Position numbers and translations under genes: made by a program. From Gemmatimonadota bacterium (GTDB taxonomy: Bacteria > Gemmatimonadota > Gemmatimonadetes > Longimicrobiales > Gaopeijiaceae), in the NCBI GenBank assembly GCA_050049805.1, contig JASFVN010000001.1:11059-75058 (forward strand): a stretch of 64,000 nt of DNA. Reading direction: 5' to 3'. Position 1 is the first letter of the stretch; the number at the start of each line of letters is the position of its first letter. Below the pieces are notes generated by a model that saw nothing but the letters and a program-made list of their open reading frames with translations, had not been told where the DNA came from and made no database searches. Positions 1 to 9,522 of this stretch are shown here, piece by piece.

Positions 1-128
1 AACACCACACCTCCCACAGCGACACCGCCCGACTGGAGGGTACCGGTGAAATCTCCTGGGCCTTCGGGCCCCGAGTCGCATCCCGCCGCCAGAAGGCCCA
101 AGATCGCACACACGAGCAGGCGCCTCAT
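1..128 (-). CDS. lipoprotein, N-terminal fragment (rest of gene lies beyond the window start)
   Basis: ATG at 128 (minus) is preceded by GGAGGA. Translation MRRLLVCAILGLLAAGCDSGPEGPGDF gives a signal peptide plus lipobox-like LAAGC. ATGA start/stop overlap with the upstream M6 protease gene. Missing from the ORF track only because it runs off the window. Confidence 0.5.
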   Translation of the reverse strand, partial: MRRLLVCAILGLLAAGCDSGPEGPGDFTGTLQSGGVAVGGVV

Positions 129-2767
129 GGTGATTCCTCCCTCTTCACTTCACCCCCGGGCGGGGACCGCTTCAGATCCCCCACCGAAATCACTTTTTCT
201 ACCGTGGTTTGCAGCGTGGTAAACGAGTCGACATTCGGGTTCCGAAGGACATAAGCCCTGATGTCTCCGAGGTCGAAGGAGCCGTTCTCGTTTCCTTCGT
301 TGTCCAGGTAGATCTTCGCACTGGCAGAGAGGGGCGGTCCGGTGAGCAGGAAATCCGAAGCCAGCGAAGCCACGGGGAGCTCCGGGTCGTCAACGATCAG
401 AGTGAGGGGGAGGAAACCCTGAAGGCCGATGTCGTCGATAACCCGTAAGGTAAGGGGAAACTCACCGCCCACGATGGGCGTTCCCCATATCGACCCTGAT
501 TGGTCAAGGTTCAGGTAGGGGGGAAGTTCCCCGGCGAGCATGCTCCAGGTCACCGGGAGGTTCGCGTTCTCCACCAAGACGGAGACGCTCTGCTGAATTC
601 CTCCGTCGAAATCCACGGTGGTGGGATTCCCGTCTACACTGAAAGTCACGTCAAACACCGCATCGGAATCCATGGGTCCGGTTGCGGTGATGCTCGCCGG
701 GTTGGGAAGCCCCGCGAAATCCCCGACCCATTCCCTGAACTGAAACCCGGTCCGGGGGGTGACCGTGACGGTCACGGCCTCACCCTGAGGTACCCAGCCG
801 GCTCCATCCCCTGCGGAATACTCGACGGAGCCCGGAACCACACCTGGTGCATCGCTGGAAAGGGTCACATCAATGAAGAATTCCTGTCCGCCGTAGGTGG
901 CGGTGAAGGTGGCATCCTCGAGCTGGGTCGTATGTTGCCTGATCCGGGGAGCCCCGTCCATCCAGCCCTGGAACCCCCATCGTCTCCCGGTCGAGATTGG
1001 CTCGCCAGGGGCTGCCTCAATCAGATGGGTTTCAAACGGCGCTGATTCCATCGTCCACGCCGTTGACGTACCCGCCACACCATCAACCGCGACCAACCCC
1101 GGTGTCCCCAGGACAGTCTCCGAGTTCAATGTCAACGTCTGGTAGCGAGTAAGAGCCCGAAAAGTGAGATTCTCCCCAGCCTGTTGGATATCCAACAGCG
1201 TGATACCCATGGGGTTATCGCCGTGGGTCCATGAGCTTGGATTGGATCCAGCGTGGAAAACCGTGTTTCCATTGGATCCCGGGAAGGGGTCGCCATCGTC
1301 TCCTCTCTGGGCCCCTTGCTCGGCAAGTGTGTTTAGGCCGTCGGCCTGACGGAGCCAAACCCCCAGCCTCTCAGGATCGTTGTTGATACCCTCGCTCAAG
1401 CTGGCGGGAGAGGTCCATACAACTGTCGGGTCGATATGCCAGATCAAAAGCCCGGGCTCATAGAGGTTCTGATCGAAACCTAGCTTCTGCCGGTTCTCTA
1501 GGAGAAGGTACTCCGAAGAACCGTCTCCCGAGTTGAATCGAAACACTCTCCCACTGGTCTCAACCGGTGGAAGCGTCAGCGTTCCAAGGTCGGTCCCGGT
1601 CTCTAGAACTTCAATTTCTCCCCACCCAAGAACTGCCTTGCTCCAGGCACTTAAGTGACATGGCCGCCAGGGTGAATCTCCGTCACAACCCCAGGAGCCA
1701 GTGCCCATTAGTCCCCAGTCTCCTATTCCCGGATGGGTGAGGGTGTTCGTGGCATACAGATCCGGGAGGCCAAACCCGTGCCCCAACTCGTGGGCAAACA
1801 CACCGATGTAGTTTATGGAGTTTCCAGAGCAATCTCGAACCGGTTGAATCGTGTAATCGTCGACGAGAATCCAAGGGCGGTCAGGATTGGCTGATACACT
1901 CTTCGTGACATAGGCCGAATCCGCCAAGATGGCGTTGCGAAGCGAAGGGGTCCAGCTGGCACCCGACACCTCGGCATGATCGAAGAGCGTCCACCGATGG
2001 GACCAGATCCGGTTCGGTCTCTCGCTAACGTTCTGACATTCCGCACCTGGTGTGGGATGCATCACCGCCAGTACGTCTACGAATCCATCGTCATCACCGG
2101 AGTTTGGGATCCCGTCGGGGCCATCATTGTCAAATTGGCCAAAATCGATCGAACCATCGTCTATCGACTGGAGAATCCTGATGATGTACTCACCCACCCT
2201 CGAGTCCCACCCCAGCCCACTGGATCCAGCCGTTACCTGGGCCCTCGTTAGGGGCGTTTCCACCCAATCGAAGGTGACCCCCGCCAACGTCACGCGCCCG
2301 CCGGAGATCTCGGTGTAAAACTCAGGAATGGTCCCCACCGCCTGCGGATTCACCTGCGGCCCATCGAAGAATTCGGCCTGCACATCGGATCGACCGTAGG
2401 CGGGCTCTTCCGCTGGCGAATCGTCGAAGAGGCCAAGAATCAGAGGGAATTTGAACGTCCCTATTACCGGGGATTGTCTCGGGCCTTCCGCAAGCATCTC
2501 CGCGATCAATCGGTGATAGACCGCCGGGGTCAACTTGGTTCCCGGGGGTGCTGTTGGCAGTTCCTCTAACCCCAGCCCCCGCCTGATGAGGGCCCGGCGA
2601 AATTGAAACGCTCCAGGATCCCGCTCCAGAAGATCGTAATAACCCTGGGGGGGGCGGGTCCCATGGATCCTACCCAGGAGCTCTACGTCCTGACCGAGCA
2701 GAGTCGTAGGCATCGAGAAAAGCGTGAGGAGGCCCAAGGGGACCGCCAGCCGGATTGGCAATCGCAT
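125..2767 (-). CDS. secreted M6-family (immune inhibitor A-like) zinc metalloprotease
   Basis: HEXXH zinc site in AHELGHGFGLPDLY, typical of M6/InhA peptidases. Signal peptide MRLPIRLAVPLGLLTLF if started at ATG 2767 (the track start at 2800 is a TTG). C-terminal Ig-like segment and a Ca-binding dockerin-like stretch, LDNEGNENGSFDLGD. Confidence 0.8.
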   Translation of the reverse strand: MRLPIRLAVPLGLLTLFSMPTTLLGQDVELLGRIHGTRPPQGYYDLLERDPGAFQFRRALIRRGLGLEELPTAPPGTKLTPAVYHRLIAEMLAEGPRQSPVIGTFKFPLILGLFDDSPAEEPAYGRSDVQAEFFDGPQVNPQAVGTIPEFYTEISGGRVTLAGVTFDWVETPLTRAQVTAGSSGLGWDSRVGEYIIRILQSIDDGSIDFGQFDNDGPDGIPNSGDDDGFVDVLAVMHPTPGAECQNVSERPNRIWSHRWTLFDHAEVSGASWTPSLRNAILADSAYVTKSVSANPDRPWILVDDYTIQPVRDCSGNSINYIGVFAHELGHGFGLPDLYATNTLTHPGIGDWGLMGTGSWGCDGDSPWRPCHLSAWSKAVLGWGEIEVLETGTDLGTLTLPPVETSGRVFRFNSGDGSSEYLLLENRQKLGFDQNLYEPGLLIWHIDPTVVWTSPASLSEGINNDPERLGVWLRQADGLNTLAEQGAQRGDDGDPFPGSNGNTVFHAGSNPSSWTHGDNPMGITLLDIQQAGENLTFRALTRYQTLTLNSETVLGTPGLVAVDGVAGTSTAWTMESAPFETHLIEAAPGEPISTGRRWGFQGWMDGAPRIRQHTTQLEDATFTATYGGQEFFIDVTLSSDAPGVVPGSVEYSAGDGAGWVPQGEAVTVTVTPRTGFQFREWVGDFAGLPNPASITATGPMDSDAVFDVTFSVDGNPTTVDFDGGIQQSVSVLVENANLPVTWSMLAGELPPYLNLDQSGSIWGTPIVGGEFPLTLRVIDDIGLQGFLPLTLIVDDPELPVASLASDFLLTGPPLSASAKIYLDNEGNENGSFDLGDIRAYVLRNPNVDSFTTLQTTVEKVISVGDLKRSPPGGEVKREESP

Positions 2768-2915
2768 AATCGACCGCAAGAAGCCCTGGCTATGAGCCAA
2801 AAGAAACCCCCGGAACTGTCCGAGGGAGGTCAGTCACCTCTGATAAACATACTACCCCCGGGGGTTCCGAAAAGAAGGGGAGTCCCCCCCCGCCCACCAC
2901 GGCTCCGCCCAGCCC

Positions 2916-4319
2916 TCAACGCTTCGCCGGGGCACCTCCCACCTCGTAAAGCGGCTCGAACTCCGCCGTGAAGTGTCGGAGGGCTGGAGCCTGATATGTG
3001 AAGCGGAAGCCGCCTACCCCTTCCCTCCGCCGAAAAACCTCGACAATTGCCTCCACCATGTAGTCCACGTGGCTCTGGGTGTAGACCCGTCGGGGAATGG
3101 CCAGCCGGACCAACTCCATGGCCGCAGGAAGATCCTTGCCGGTTTTCGGATCGGTCCTGCCGAACATGACCGTCCCTACCTCCACACCACGAATCCCGGC
3201 TTCGAGGAAGAGCTCCACCACCACCGACTGCCCCGGCAATTCCAGGGGCGGAACCTGGGGCAGAAAGGCAGCGGCGTCGATATAGACGGCATGGCCGCCA
3301 GGAGGAAGAACAATGGGGACTCCCTCGGCTGAGATATGCTCTCCAAGATAGCGCACCGACGCCAGGCGGTACTCCAGATAGTCTTCGTGGAGGACTTCCT
3401 CGAGCCCTATTGCGATGGCTTCCAGGTCCCGGCCCGCCATCCCTCCGTAGGTCGGGTAGCCCTCGGTCAAGATCAGGAGATCCCGTTCCCTTCTCGCCAA
3501 CCACGGGTCGTTCGTAGCCAGAAAACCACCGATGTTCGCCAATCCGTCCTTCTTCGCCGACATCGTACATCCGTCGGCGTAGGAGAAGAGCTCCTGCACG
3601 ATCTCTTTCACCGTTTTTCCGTCGTAGCCCACTTCTCTGGTCTTGATGAAGTAGGCGTTCTCCGCGAATCGGCAGGCGTCGATGTAGAGGGGTATGCCAT
3701 GGGACCGACATACTTCAGAGACTTCTCGAATGTTCTCCATGGACACCGGTTGCCCGCCACCGGTGTTGTTGGTCACGGTGATCATACAGAGGGGAATGGC
3801 ATCGGCGCCTACCTCTGCGATGAGGGATCTCAGCCTGGGAACGTCCATGTTCCCCTTGAACGGCTTGGGATCCGATGGCACCAGGCCTTCGGGCACGGGG
3901 AGGTCCACAGCTTCGGCTCCAGCCGCCTCGATGTTGGCCCTGGTCGTATCAAAGTGGGTGTTGTTGGGAACCACATGCCCCGGTTCGCATACGGTGGAAA
4001 AGAGAATCCGCTCGGCGGCCCGACCCTGATGGGTCGGAATCACGTGCTCGAAGCCGAAGATGTCCCTTACGGCCTCCTCGAACCGAAAAAAAGACGGACT
4101 CCCTGCATAGGCTTCGTCCCCCCTCATCACACCGGCCCATTGCTGAGAGCTCATGGCCGACGTACCGGAATCGGTCAAGAGATCCATCAAGACATCTTCG
4201 GAACGCAGTCGAAACACGTTGTACCCAGCCGTCTTAAGATACCCCAGGCGCTCCTCCCGGGTCGTCATACGAATGGGCTCCACCACCTTGATCTTGAAGG
4301 GCTCGATGATGGTTTTCAT
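2916..4319 (-). CDS. PLP-dependent beta-eliminating lyase, tryptophanase / tyrosine phenol-lyase family
   Basis: MKTIIEPFKIKVVEP..., DLLTDSGTSAMS, and the PLP-lysine motif SAKKDGLANIGG. Colinear with TnaA/TPL as I remember them. ATG 4319 preferred over the GTG 4367 extension. Trp versus Tyr specificity cannot be decided by eye. Confidence 0.85.
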   Translation of the reverse strand: MKTIIEPFKIKVVEPIRMTTREERLGYLKTAGYNVFRLRSEDVLMDLLTDSGTSAMSSQQWAGVMRGDEAYAGSPSFFRFEEAVRDIFGFEHVIPTHQGRAAERILFSTVCEPGHVVPNNTHFDTTRANIEAAGAEAVDLPVPEGLVPSDPKPFKGNMDVPRLRSLIAEVGADAIPLCMITVTNNTGGGQPVSMENIREVSEVCRSHGIPLYIDACRFAENAYFIKTREVGYDGKTVKEIVQELFSYADGCTMSAKKDGLANIGGFLATNDPWLARRERDLLILTEGYPTYGGMAGRDLEAIAIGLEEVLHEDYLEYRLASVRYLGEHISAEGVPIVLPPGGHAVYIDAAAFLPQVPPLELPGQSVVVELFLEAGIRGVEVGTVMFGRTDPKTGKDLPAAMELVRLAIPRRVYTQSHVDYMVEAIVEVFRRREGVGGFRFTYQAPALRHFTAEFEPLYEVGGAPAKR

Positions 4320-4459
4320 GCGCTCCCCGTGTTTTCTGCCCACTAGTTGGTCAGGCAGCCACGGCACCTCTTGTGTCCCGTGGCGAATTCGGCTCTCTTC
4401 CTACGAAGTTAGAGCCTCCTGTGACAGGGGCAATCCAGGGTAGAACAGAAAAGGACCGC

Positions 4460-4786
4460 ATGATGAGCAAACTCGACGACGCAATTCAGGGTGGCGTTAA
4501 GGCCCCTGTGGACGACGCTTGGCACACCTATATGGAAAACCTCTTCGCCTCCATGCAGAAGATGGAGCAGACCGTCAACGAAGCCGCCGAGATGCCCATG
4601 GACTGCACCGAGACCTGGTGCACCAACGCCAGGGCGCTCCTGGACGACCTCAACCATCAGATCTTCTCCATTCACGAGCCGAAGTGGAGCACACCGGAAG
4701 ACTCCAAGCGGATCAAGGAGATGAAAAAGAAGGTCTACGACATCTATGCCCGTCTGGCTTCCATTGAGCCTGCCGGCGGCGAATAA
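4460..4786 (+). CDS. small hypothetical protein (108 aa, CTETWC motif)
   Basis: ATG 4460 follows AAGGA. The coding frame is followed directly by a strong intrinsic terminator. No recognisable family. Divergent from the lyase gene. Confidence 0.5.
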   Translation: MMSKLDDAIQGGVKAPVDDAWHTYMENLFASMQKMEQTVNEAAEMPMDCTETWCTNARALLDDLNHQIFSIHEPKWSTPEDSKRIKEMKKKVYDIYARLASIEPAGGE

Positions 4787-4805
4787 CCTTTAGTCCTGAA
4801 GGATC

Positions 4806-4845
4806 CCGGCCCTCGGGTAGAGCGTACCCGGGGGCCGTTTTTTTT
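4806..4845 (+). terminator. rho-independent terminator
   Basis: Stem CGGCCC-T-CGGG / CCCG-G-GGGCCG (4807-4837) followed by T8 (4838-4845), 20 nt after the stop at 4786. Confidence 0.7.
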
Positions 4846-4935
4846 GGGCGTTTGGCTCGCACTCCGGTTTTCCCCGACACCGCGGAGAGCCAGATTATCT
4901 GCAGGTCGGAGCCATCACCCAGGAGGATCAGGATC

Positions 4936-5760
4936 ATGTTCGCCAAGAGGACCTTTCCCGGCATGCTTCTTTTGGCAGTGGGGTGTGGAGGCCCCGCTGT
5001 CCCCCCTGGCTCGGAGCCGCCAACCCCACCTGCCCCCCCTTCCATCGAGCAAGCCCCCCGTTCTTCCGCCACCTGGGGAGTCATGGAGGCCCCTGTCTCC
5101 TTCACCGTCGTCGAAGCCGATATCACGGACGATCCCCATATCGAATCGCTGGTGGCGCCCTTCCGGAATCGGATGGGAGAGGAGATTCGTCAACAGATCG
5201 GGGAGACCACCGGCATGCTCAGCAAAGCCTTGCCGGAAGGGACCCTGGGAAACTTCGCCACCGATGCCATGCTCTGGGCGGCGAATCAAATGGTCATGGA
5301 GCCCGTTCAGATGGCGCTGACCAATAACGGGGGGTTGAGAATCCCCATCGGCCCCGGTGCCATCACGGTGGGGCAGATGTACGAGCTCATGCCCTTCGAG
5401 AACATGCTTTCCGTTCTGGTGCTGTCCGGCGCCCAGGTCAAATCCCTCTGCGACGAGTTGGCGGACCGCAGGGGTGCCCCTATCTCCGGGTTCAGCTTCC
5501 GAATGGAGACCCGGGAAGATCGGCGGATCGCCGCCGATATTCGCATCGGGGGTGAGCCCCTGGACCCGGAGGCTGAGTACCACCTGGTTACGAACGACTA
5601 CATGGCCAACGGGGGCGACTCCTACCCTTCCCTGATGAACCCCTTGGTCCGGATCGATCTGCCGGTTCTTCTCAGAGACGCCTTCATCGACTATGTGAAG
5701 CACAAGGGAGTTATCGAGCCCGAGCTGGAGGGCCGCATAACGGGAGGGATCGGGCGATGA
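4936..5760 (+). CDS. 5'-nucleotidase C-terminal (substrate-binding) domain protein, probable lipoprotein
   Basis: ATG 4936 behind AGGAGGA. Signal MFAKRTFPGMLLLAVGCGG. The body matches the 5_nucleotid_C domain of the UshA family (GNFATDAM, TNNGGLR, TNDYMANGGD). No metallophosphatase domain in this ORF. Confidence 0.8.
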   Translation: MFAKRTFPGMLLLAVGCGGPAVPPGSEPPTPPAPPSIEQAPRSSATWGVMEAPVSFTVVEADITDDPHIESLVAPFRNRMGEEIRQQIGETTGMLSKALPEGTLGNFATDAMLWAANQMVMEPVQMALTNNGGLRIPIGPGAITVGQMYELMPFENMLSVLVLSGAQVKSLCDELADRRGAPISGFSFRMETREDRRIAADIRIGGEPLDPEAEYHLVTNDYMANGGDSYPSLMNPLVRIDLPVLLRDAFIDYVKHKGVIEPELEGRITGGIGR

Positions 5761-6731
5761 GGAGACGTAGATTCCTGAAGCTGGCCGGAGCGGGAGCAGC
5801 CGGCACCCTCCTGACGCCGGGATGGGGACGCGGAGCCAGGATCCGCGAGGACCAGGTCCGATTGGTCATCCTGCATACGAACGACACTCACTCCCGCATG
5901 GACCCATTCCCCATGGATGGGGGCCCCTACGAAGGCCTGGGGGGTGCTGCCCGTCGAGCTACTCTGATTCGTCGCATTCGGGAGGAGCACTCCAATGTCC
6001 TCCTCCTGGATTCCGGCGACATTTTTCAGGGCACACCCTATTTCAACTTCTTCAAGGGCGAGATCGAATTCAAAGCCATGTCGGCCATGGAGTACGATGT
6101 GGCCACCATCGGCAACCACGACTTCGACAACGGAGTGGATGGACTGGTGGAGATGATGCCCTACGCCACCTTCCAGTTCGTCTCCACCAACTACGAGATG
6201 GCTGGATCACCCCTGCATCCCCATGTGGAGCCCTGGGTTATCAGGGATGTAGGAGGTGTAAAGGTAGGGATCTTCGGCCTGGGAATCGCCTTCGAGGGAC
6301 TGGTTCTTCCCGGCCTCCACGAGGGAGTGTCTTACGAGGATCCTTTTGTGACGTCACGTCTGGCCGTGGACCACCTGAGAAGAGAAGGCTGCGCTCTGGT
6401 GATCTGCCTTTCCCACCTCGGATACCGCTACAGCGAGGACCGACCCTCTGACACTCTACTGGCCCAGCGGGTCGAAGGTATCGACCTGATCCTGGGTGGA
6501 CACACCCACACCTTCATGGATCGGCCCGATGTCTACGACCATCCGGGCGGAGGGCGAACTGTCGTGAATCAGGTTGGATGGGCCGGAATGCGTTTGGGTC
6601 GAATCGACGTATTGATGGGCCCCGAGGCAAGCCAGCCGCCGGTCCGAAACAGATGGGTAGGAACGGGCACCACGCACCGTCCCAAATCCTGGGCCTGGAA
6701 CTCCTACGGCGTGGACGCTGAGCTGGACTGA
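5757..6731 (+). CDS. Tat-exported calcineurin-like metallophosphoesterase (5'-nucleotidase N-terminal domain)
   Basis: Twin-arginine signal MRRRRFLKLAGAGAAG. Metallophosphatase motifs ILHTNDTHS, DSGDIFQG, GNHDFD, GGHTH. ATGA overlap with the preceding C-domain gene. Confidence 0.85.
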   Translation: MRRRRFLKLAGAGAAGTLLTPGWGRGARIREDQVRLVILHTNDTHSRMDPFPMDGGPYEGLGGAARRATLIRRIREEHSNVLLLDSGDIFQGTPYFNFFKGEIEFKAMSAMEYDVATIGNHDFDNGVDGLVEMMPYATFQFVSTNYEMAGSPLHPHVEPWVIRDVGGVKVGIFGLGIAFEGLVLPGLHEGVSYEDPFVTSRLAVDHLRREGCALVICLSHLGYRYSEDRPSDTLLAQRVEGIDLILGGHTHTFMDRPDVYDHPGGGRTVVNQVGWAGMRLGRIDVLMGPEASQPPVRNRWVGTGTTHRPKSWAWNSYGVDAELD

Positions 6732-6734
6732 GGC

Positions 6735-7307
6735 TCAGTCCTTCCTCAGATCCTCACCCCGGATCCCGAGGGCTTCCCCCACCTCTCGCATCCCATCAAT
6801 GACGTTCTGTATGTGCTCCGCCCGGTCCAGGCCGACGAGCTTGATTCCCCGGGCCACCTGATCCCGGTCCACACCGGCGGCGAAGGCCTTGTCCTTCAGC
6901 TTCTTCACCACCGACTTGGGTTTGATGTCGTCGATCCCATTCGGGCGCATGAGGCAGGCCGCATGGATCAAGCCGCTGATCTCGTCACAGGCATAAAGGA
7001 CACGGTCCAGGTTCGTCTCCGGTTCGACCCCGGTGTACTCGGGCCGGTGCGCCAGGACAGCGTGGACTACTTCCTCCGGATACCCTGCCTCTTTCAGGGC
7101 TTCCACCCCCTCCATGGGGTGTACGTCGGGGTGCTTCTCCCAATCCAGATCGTGAAGGAGTCCCGCCAGCCCCCACACCTCTTCGTCGGCCCCCATTTTC
7201 CTGGCATAGTATCGAACCGCCGCTTCCACGGCGTACATGTGCTTTCTCAGCCCTTCGTTCTCCACCCACTCGTGAAGCAGAGCCAGGGCATCGTCTCGAT
7301 CAGGCAT
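6735..7307 (-). CDS. HD-domain phosphohydrolase
   Basis: 190 aa with the HD motif (GLLHDLDWEKHPD) and a further His cluster (VLAHRPEY), typical of HD/HDIG superfamily hydrolases. Confidence 0.75.
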   Translation of the reverse strand: MPDRDDALALLHEWVENEGLRKHMYAVEAAVRYYARKMGADEEVWGLAGLLHDLDWEKHPDVHPMEGVEALKEAGYPEEVVHAVLAHRPEYTGVEPETNLDRVLYACDEISGLIHAACLMRPNGIDDIKPKSVVKKLKDKAFAAGVDRDQVARGIKLVGLDRAEHIQNVIDGMREVGEALGIRGEDLRKD

Positions 7308-7382
7308 GGTGTTGATTTCGCGTCCTTCCGTTGTTGTTCGTCATCCCCGTTCGTCCCCGGGGGCTTGGGCGGTGAATCGCCC

Positions 7383-9296
7383 CTATTCGTCGAGCCTGGA
7401 TATGATCCGCCGATTGCGTTGGTTGAGGGGATCTCTGCCCTCCGGCGTGTAGAGGTAGTCCAGCCGATCCCTATAGAAGTCCCGAACCTTCCGCCGCACC
7501 AGCTTCAAGGAGCTGTTCAAAAGGAGGTTCTCCTCCGTGAAGGGAGCCCCGAGAATGGCGAAAGCCGAGGGAAGCCATTCGGTTTCGAACAGGCCCTCCC
7601 GAGAGCCGCCTTTCCGAAAGGAGTCGACCTCCCCCTGGAAGAGCCCGATGGCCGCCTCCTGCCCCTCGTCCGACTCACATTCCAATCCCTTCTCCGCCAG
7701 CCATTCCCTCAGCCGCTCCCGGTTGGGCACAATCAGGGCCACCGTATAGGGATCGTGATCGTTGTGGAGCATGACCTGATCGATGAAAGGCGTCCCGGCC
7801 ACCAAAGCCTCCTCGATCCCTTCCGGACTGTACTTCTCTCCAGTCCCGTTGATGAGGAGGCTTTTCACCCGCCCCAGGACGTAGAGATATCCATCCGAAT
7901 CGACGTAGCCCAAATCACCTGTGTGGAGCCATCCGTTCCGGATGGTCTTGGCCGTCGCCTTCTCGTTTCGCCAATACCCGGCCATGACGTTCTCGCCCCT
8001 CACCACGATCTCGCCCTTCCTTCCTACCGGAAGGTCGTCCCCCTTTTCGTCGCAGATCCGAAGCTCCAGATCCGGGACCAACCTTCCTGAGCTACCAAAT
8101 TTGTGGGCCTCGGGAGTGTTTGCGGAGATGATGGGAGCAGCTTCCGACAGCCCGTATCCCTGGTACATGGGAATTCCGATGGCGTAGAAGAATCGCTGCA
8201 TCTCCACGTCCAGCATTGCGGCGCCACTGATGAAGAACTCCAACCGTCCACCGAACTCCTCTCGGACCTTGGAAAAGATCAAGCGGTCGAAGATCTTGTG
8301 GACGGGGGCTCGCAAGGCTCTCAGTCCCCTGCCCCGGTCCCAGCCGTCCCCGATGTAGGCATAGGCGTTCTTCAAGGCTCGTTGGAAAAGCTTCTCCACC
8401 CGAGGACCCTTCTGCCGAATCCCCTTCTCCACATTTTTTCGGAAATTCGCAGCCAGGGCCGGAACGCTCAACATGAAGTGGGGCCTCACCTCCTTGATGT
8501 TGACGGGCACGTTCCGGAGATAATCCATGGCCGAGTTTCCAGGCTGGACAGCTGCCAGTTTCGCACCGTAGTGCATCATGATGTAGATGCCCACAGTGTG
8601 GCCGAAGGCGTGATCCCAGGGGATAATGATGAGGGATCTCCAATAGGGTTGGATCTCCTTCACCATGGCCGCCCCCTGGGCCACGTTCGCCGTGTAGTTC
8701 CTGTGGGTGAGGACGATCCCCTTCGGGTCGGCTGTCGTCCCGGAAGTGTAGCTGATGGTGGCAGGATCGTCTTCTCCGACTCCTCGGTAGACGGCCTCGA
8801 ATTCCTGCCGATTGCCGGCCAGCCACCGATCTCCCATGGTCAGGACCCGGCCCACTTCCATCTCGTCGGAATCCTTCGCTGCCCCGTCCAGTAGGATGAT
8901 GGTCTCCAGGTCCGGGAGGTCCTTCTTGATGGCTTCCACCTTGGGAGCCTGGTTTCCGGAGACGATGGCCATGCGGCAGCCCGAATGGGCCAGCCGGAAC
9001 TTCAGCTCCGTGGGTTCGTTGATCTTTACCGAGATTGGGACGTTGATGGCCCCCGCGTAGAAGATCCCCAATTCGGCAATGACCCAGAGGTTCCGACCTT
9101 CGCTGATGACCGAGATCCGATCACCCTTCCGGACCCCCAAGGCCAGGAGCCCCGCTGCAAACCGATGGACTTGCTCCCGCGTCTCTGCGTAGGTGAGTTC
9201 CTCGTAATGATCGTCCGGCTTCTCCAGGAGGTAGACCTCGTCGGAAAACTCCTCGGCCCGGGTCTCCATCAAGTCGATGAGGGTACGAGGTTCCAT
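7383..9296 (-). CDS. AMP-dependent long-chain acyl-CoA synthetase
   Basis: AMP-binding signature ISYTSGTTADPKGIVLTHRNY plus GYGLSE and TGDLGYVDSDGYLYVLGR. ATG 9296 has GAGGA 5 nt upstream. The 50-codon upstream extension in the track is not credible. Confidence 0.85.
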   Translation of the reverse strand: MEPRTLIDLMETRAEEFSDEVYLLEKPDDHYEELTYAETREQVHRFAAGLLALGVRKGDRISVISEGRNLWVIAELGIFYAGAINVPISVKINEPTELKFRLAHSGCRMAIVSGNQAPKVEAIKKDLPDLETIILLDGAAKDSDEMEVGRVLTMGDRWLAGNRQEFEAVYRGVGEDDPATISYTSGTTADPKGIVLTHRNYTANVAQGAAMVKEIQPYWRSLIIIPWDHAFGHTVGIYIMMHYGAKLAAVQPGNSAMDYLRNVPVNIKEVRPHFMLSVPALAANFRKNVEKGIRQKGPRVEKLFQRALKNAYAYIGDGWDRGRGLRALRAPVHKIFDRLIFSKVREEFGGRLEFFISGAAMLDVEMQRFFYAIGIPMYQGYGLSEAAPIISANTPEAHKFGSSGRLVPDLELRICDEKGDDLPVGRKGEIVVRGENVMAGYWRNEKATAKTIRNGWLHTGDLGYVDSDGYLYVLGRVKSLLINGTGEKYSPEGIEEALVAGTPFIDQVMLHNDHDPYTVALIVPNRERLREWLAEKGLECESDEGQEAAIGLFQGEVDSFRKGGSREGLFETEWLPSAFAILGAPFTEENLLLNSSLKLVRRKVRDFYRDRLDYLYTPEGRDPLNQRNRRIISRLDE

Positions 9297-9522
9297 TGTC
9301 GTCCTCATAGGCGTTGGTCGGGGCATGTCCGGTCTTTGCTGGCCACGGCTTTCCAGCATGCTTAAGGGCGGTTGGAGGCCAGAGCAAGGGCGCAGAGTCT
9401 GGAGCTGACTGAACCCGCCACGTCGGAGGGCCCGGTTGACGCTCAATCCGGGCGTCTACTATCCTCCCTTCCGACCTCACGGGCAGTCCGCGACCCGCAG
9501 CTCATTCATGGGAGCACCCGTC

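Noticed and set aside
3336-4346. 336-aa ORF on the plus strand
   Set aside because: It is antisense to the tryptophanase-family lyase, with low-complexity Arg/Gly/Pro composition.
4320-4459. tnaC-like leader peptide or attenuator upstream of the lyase gene
   Set aside because: I found no short ORF with a ribosome-binding site and a critical Trp codon. The only in-frame upstream codons are a GTG-initiated extension of the lyase ORF itself.
6813-8090. 425-aa ORF on the plus strand
   Set aside because: It is antisense to the acyl-CoA synthetase and HD genes. This is the same kind of GC-driven open frame. It crosses a gene boundary and has no motifs.
9436-9462. Sigma-70-like promoter TTGACG-N15-TACTAT upstream of the S9 peptidase gene
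   Set aside because: The hexamers are good, but the 15-nt spacer is shorter than the 16-18 nt optimum, and the promoter consensus for this phylum is unknown. Too weak to report as a feature.
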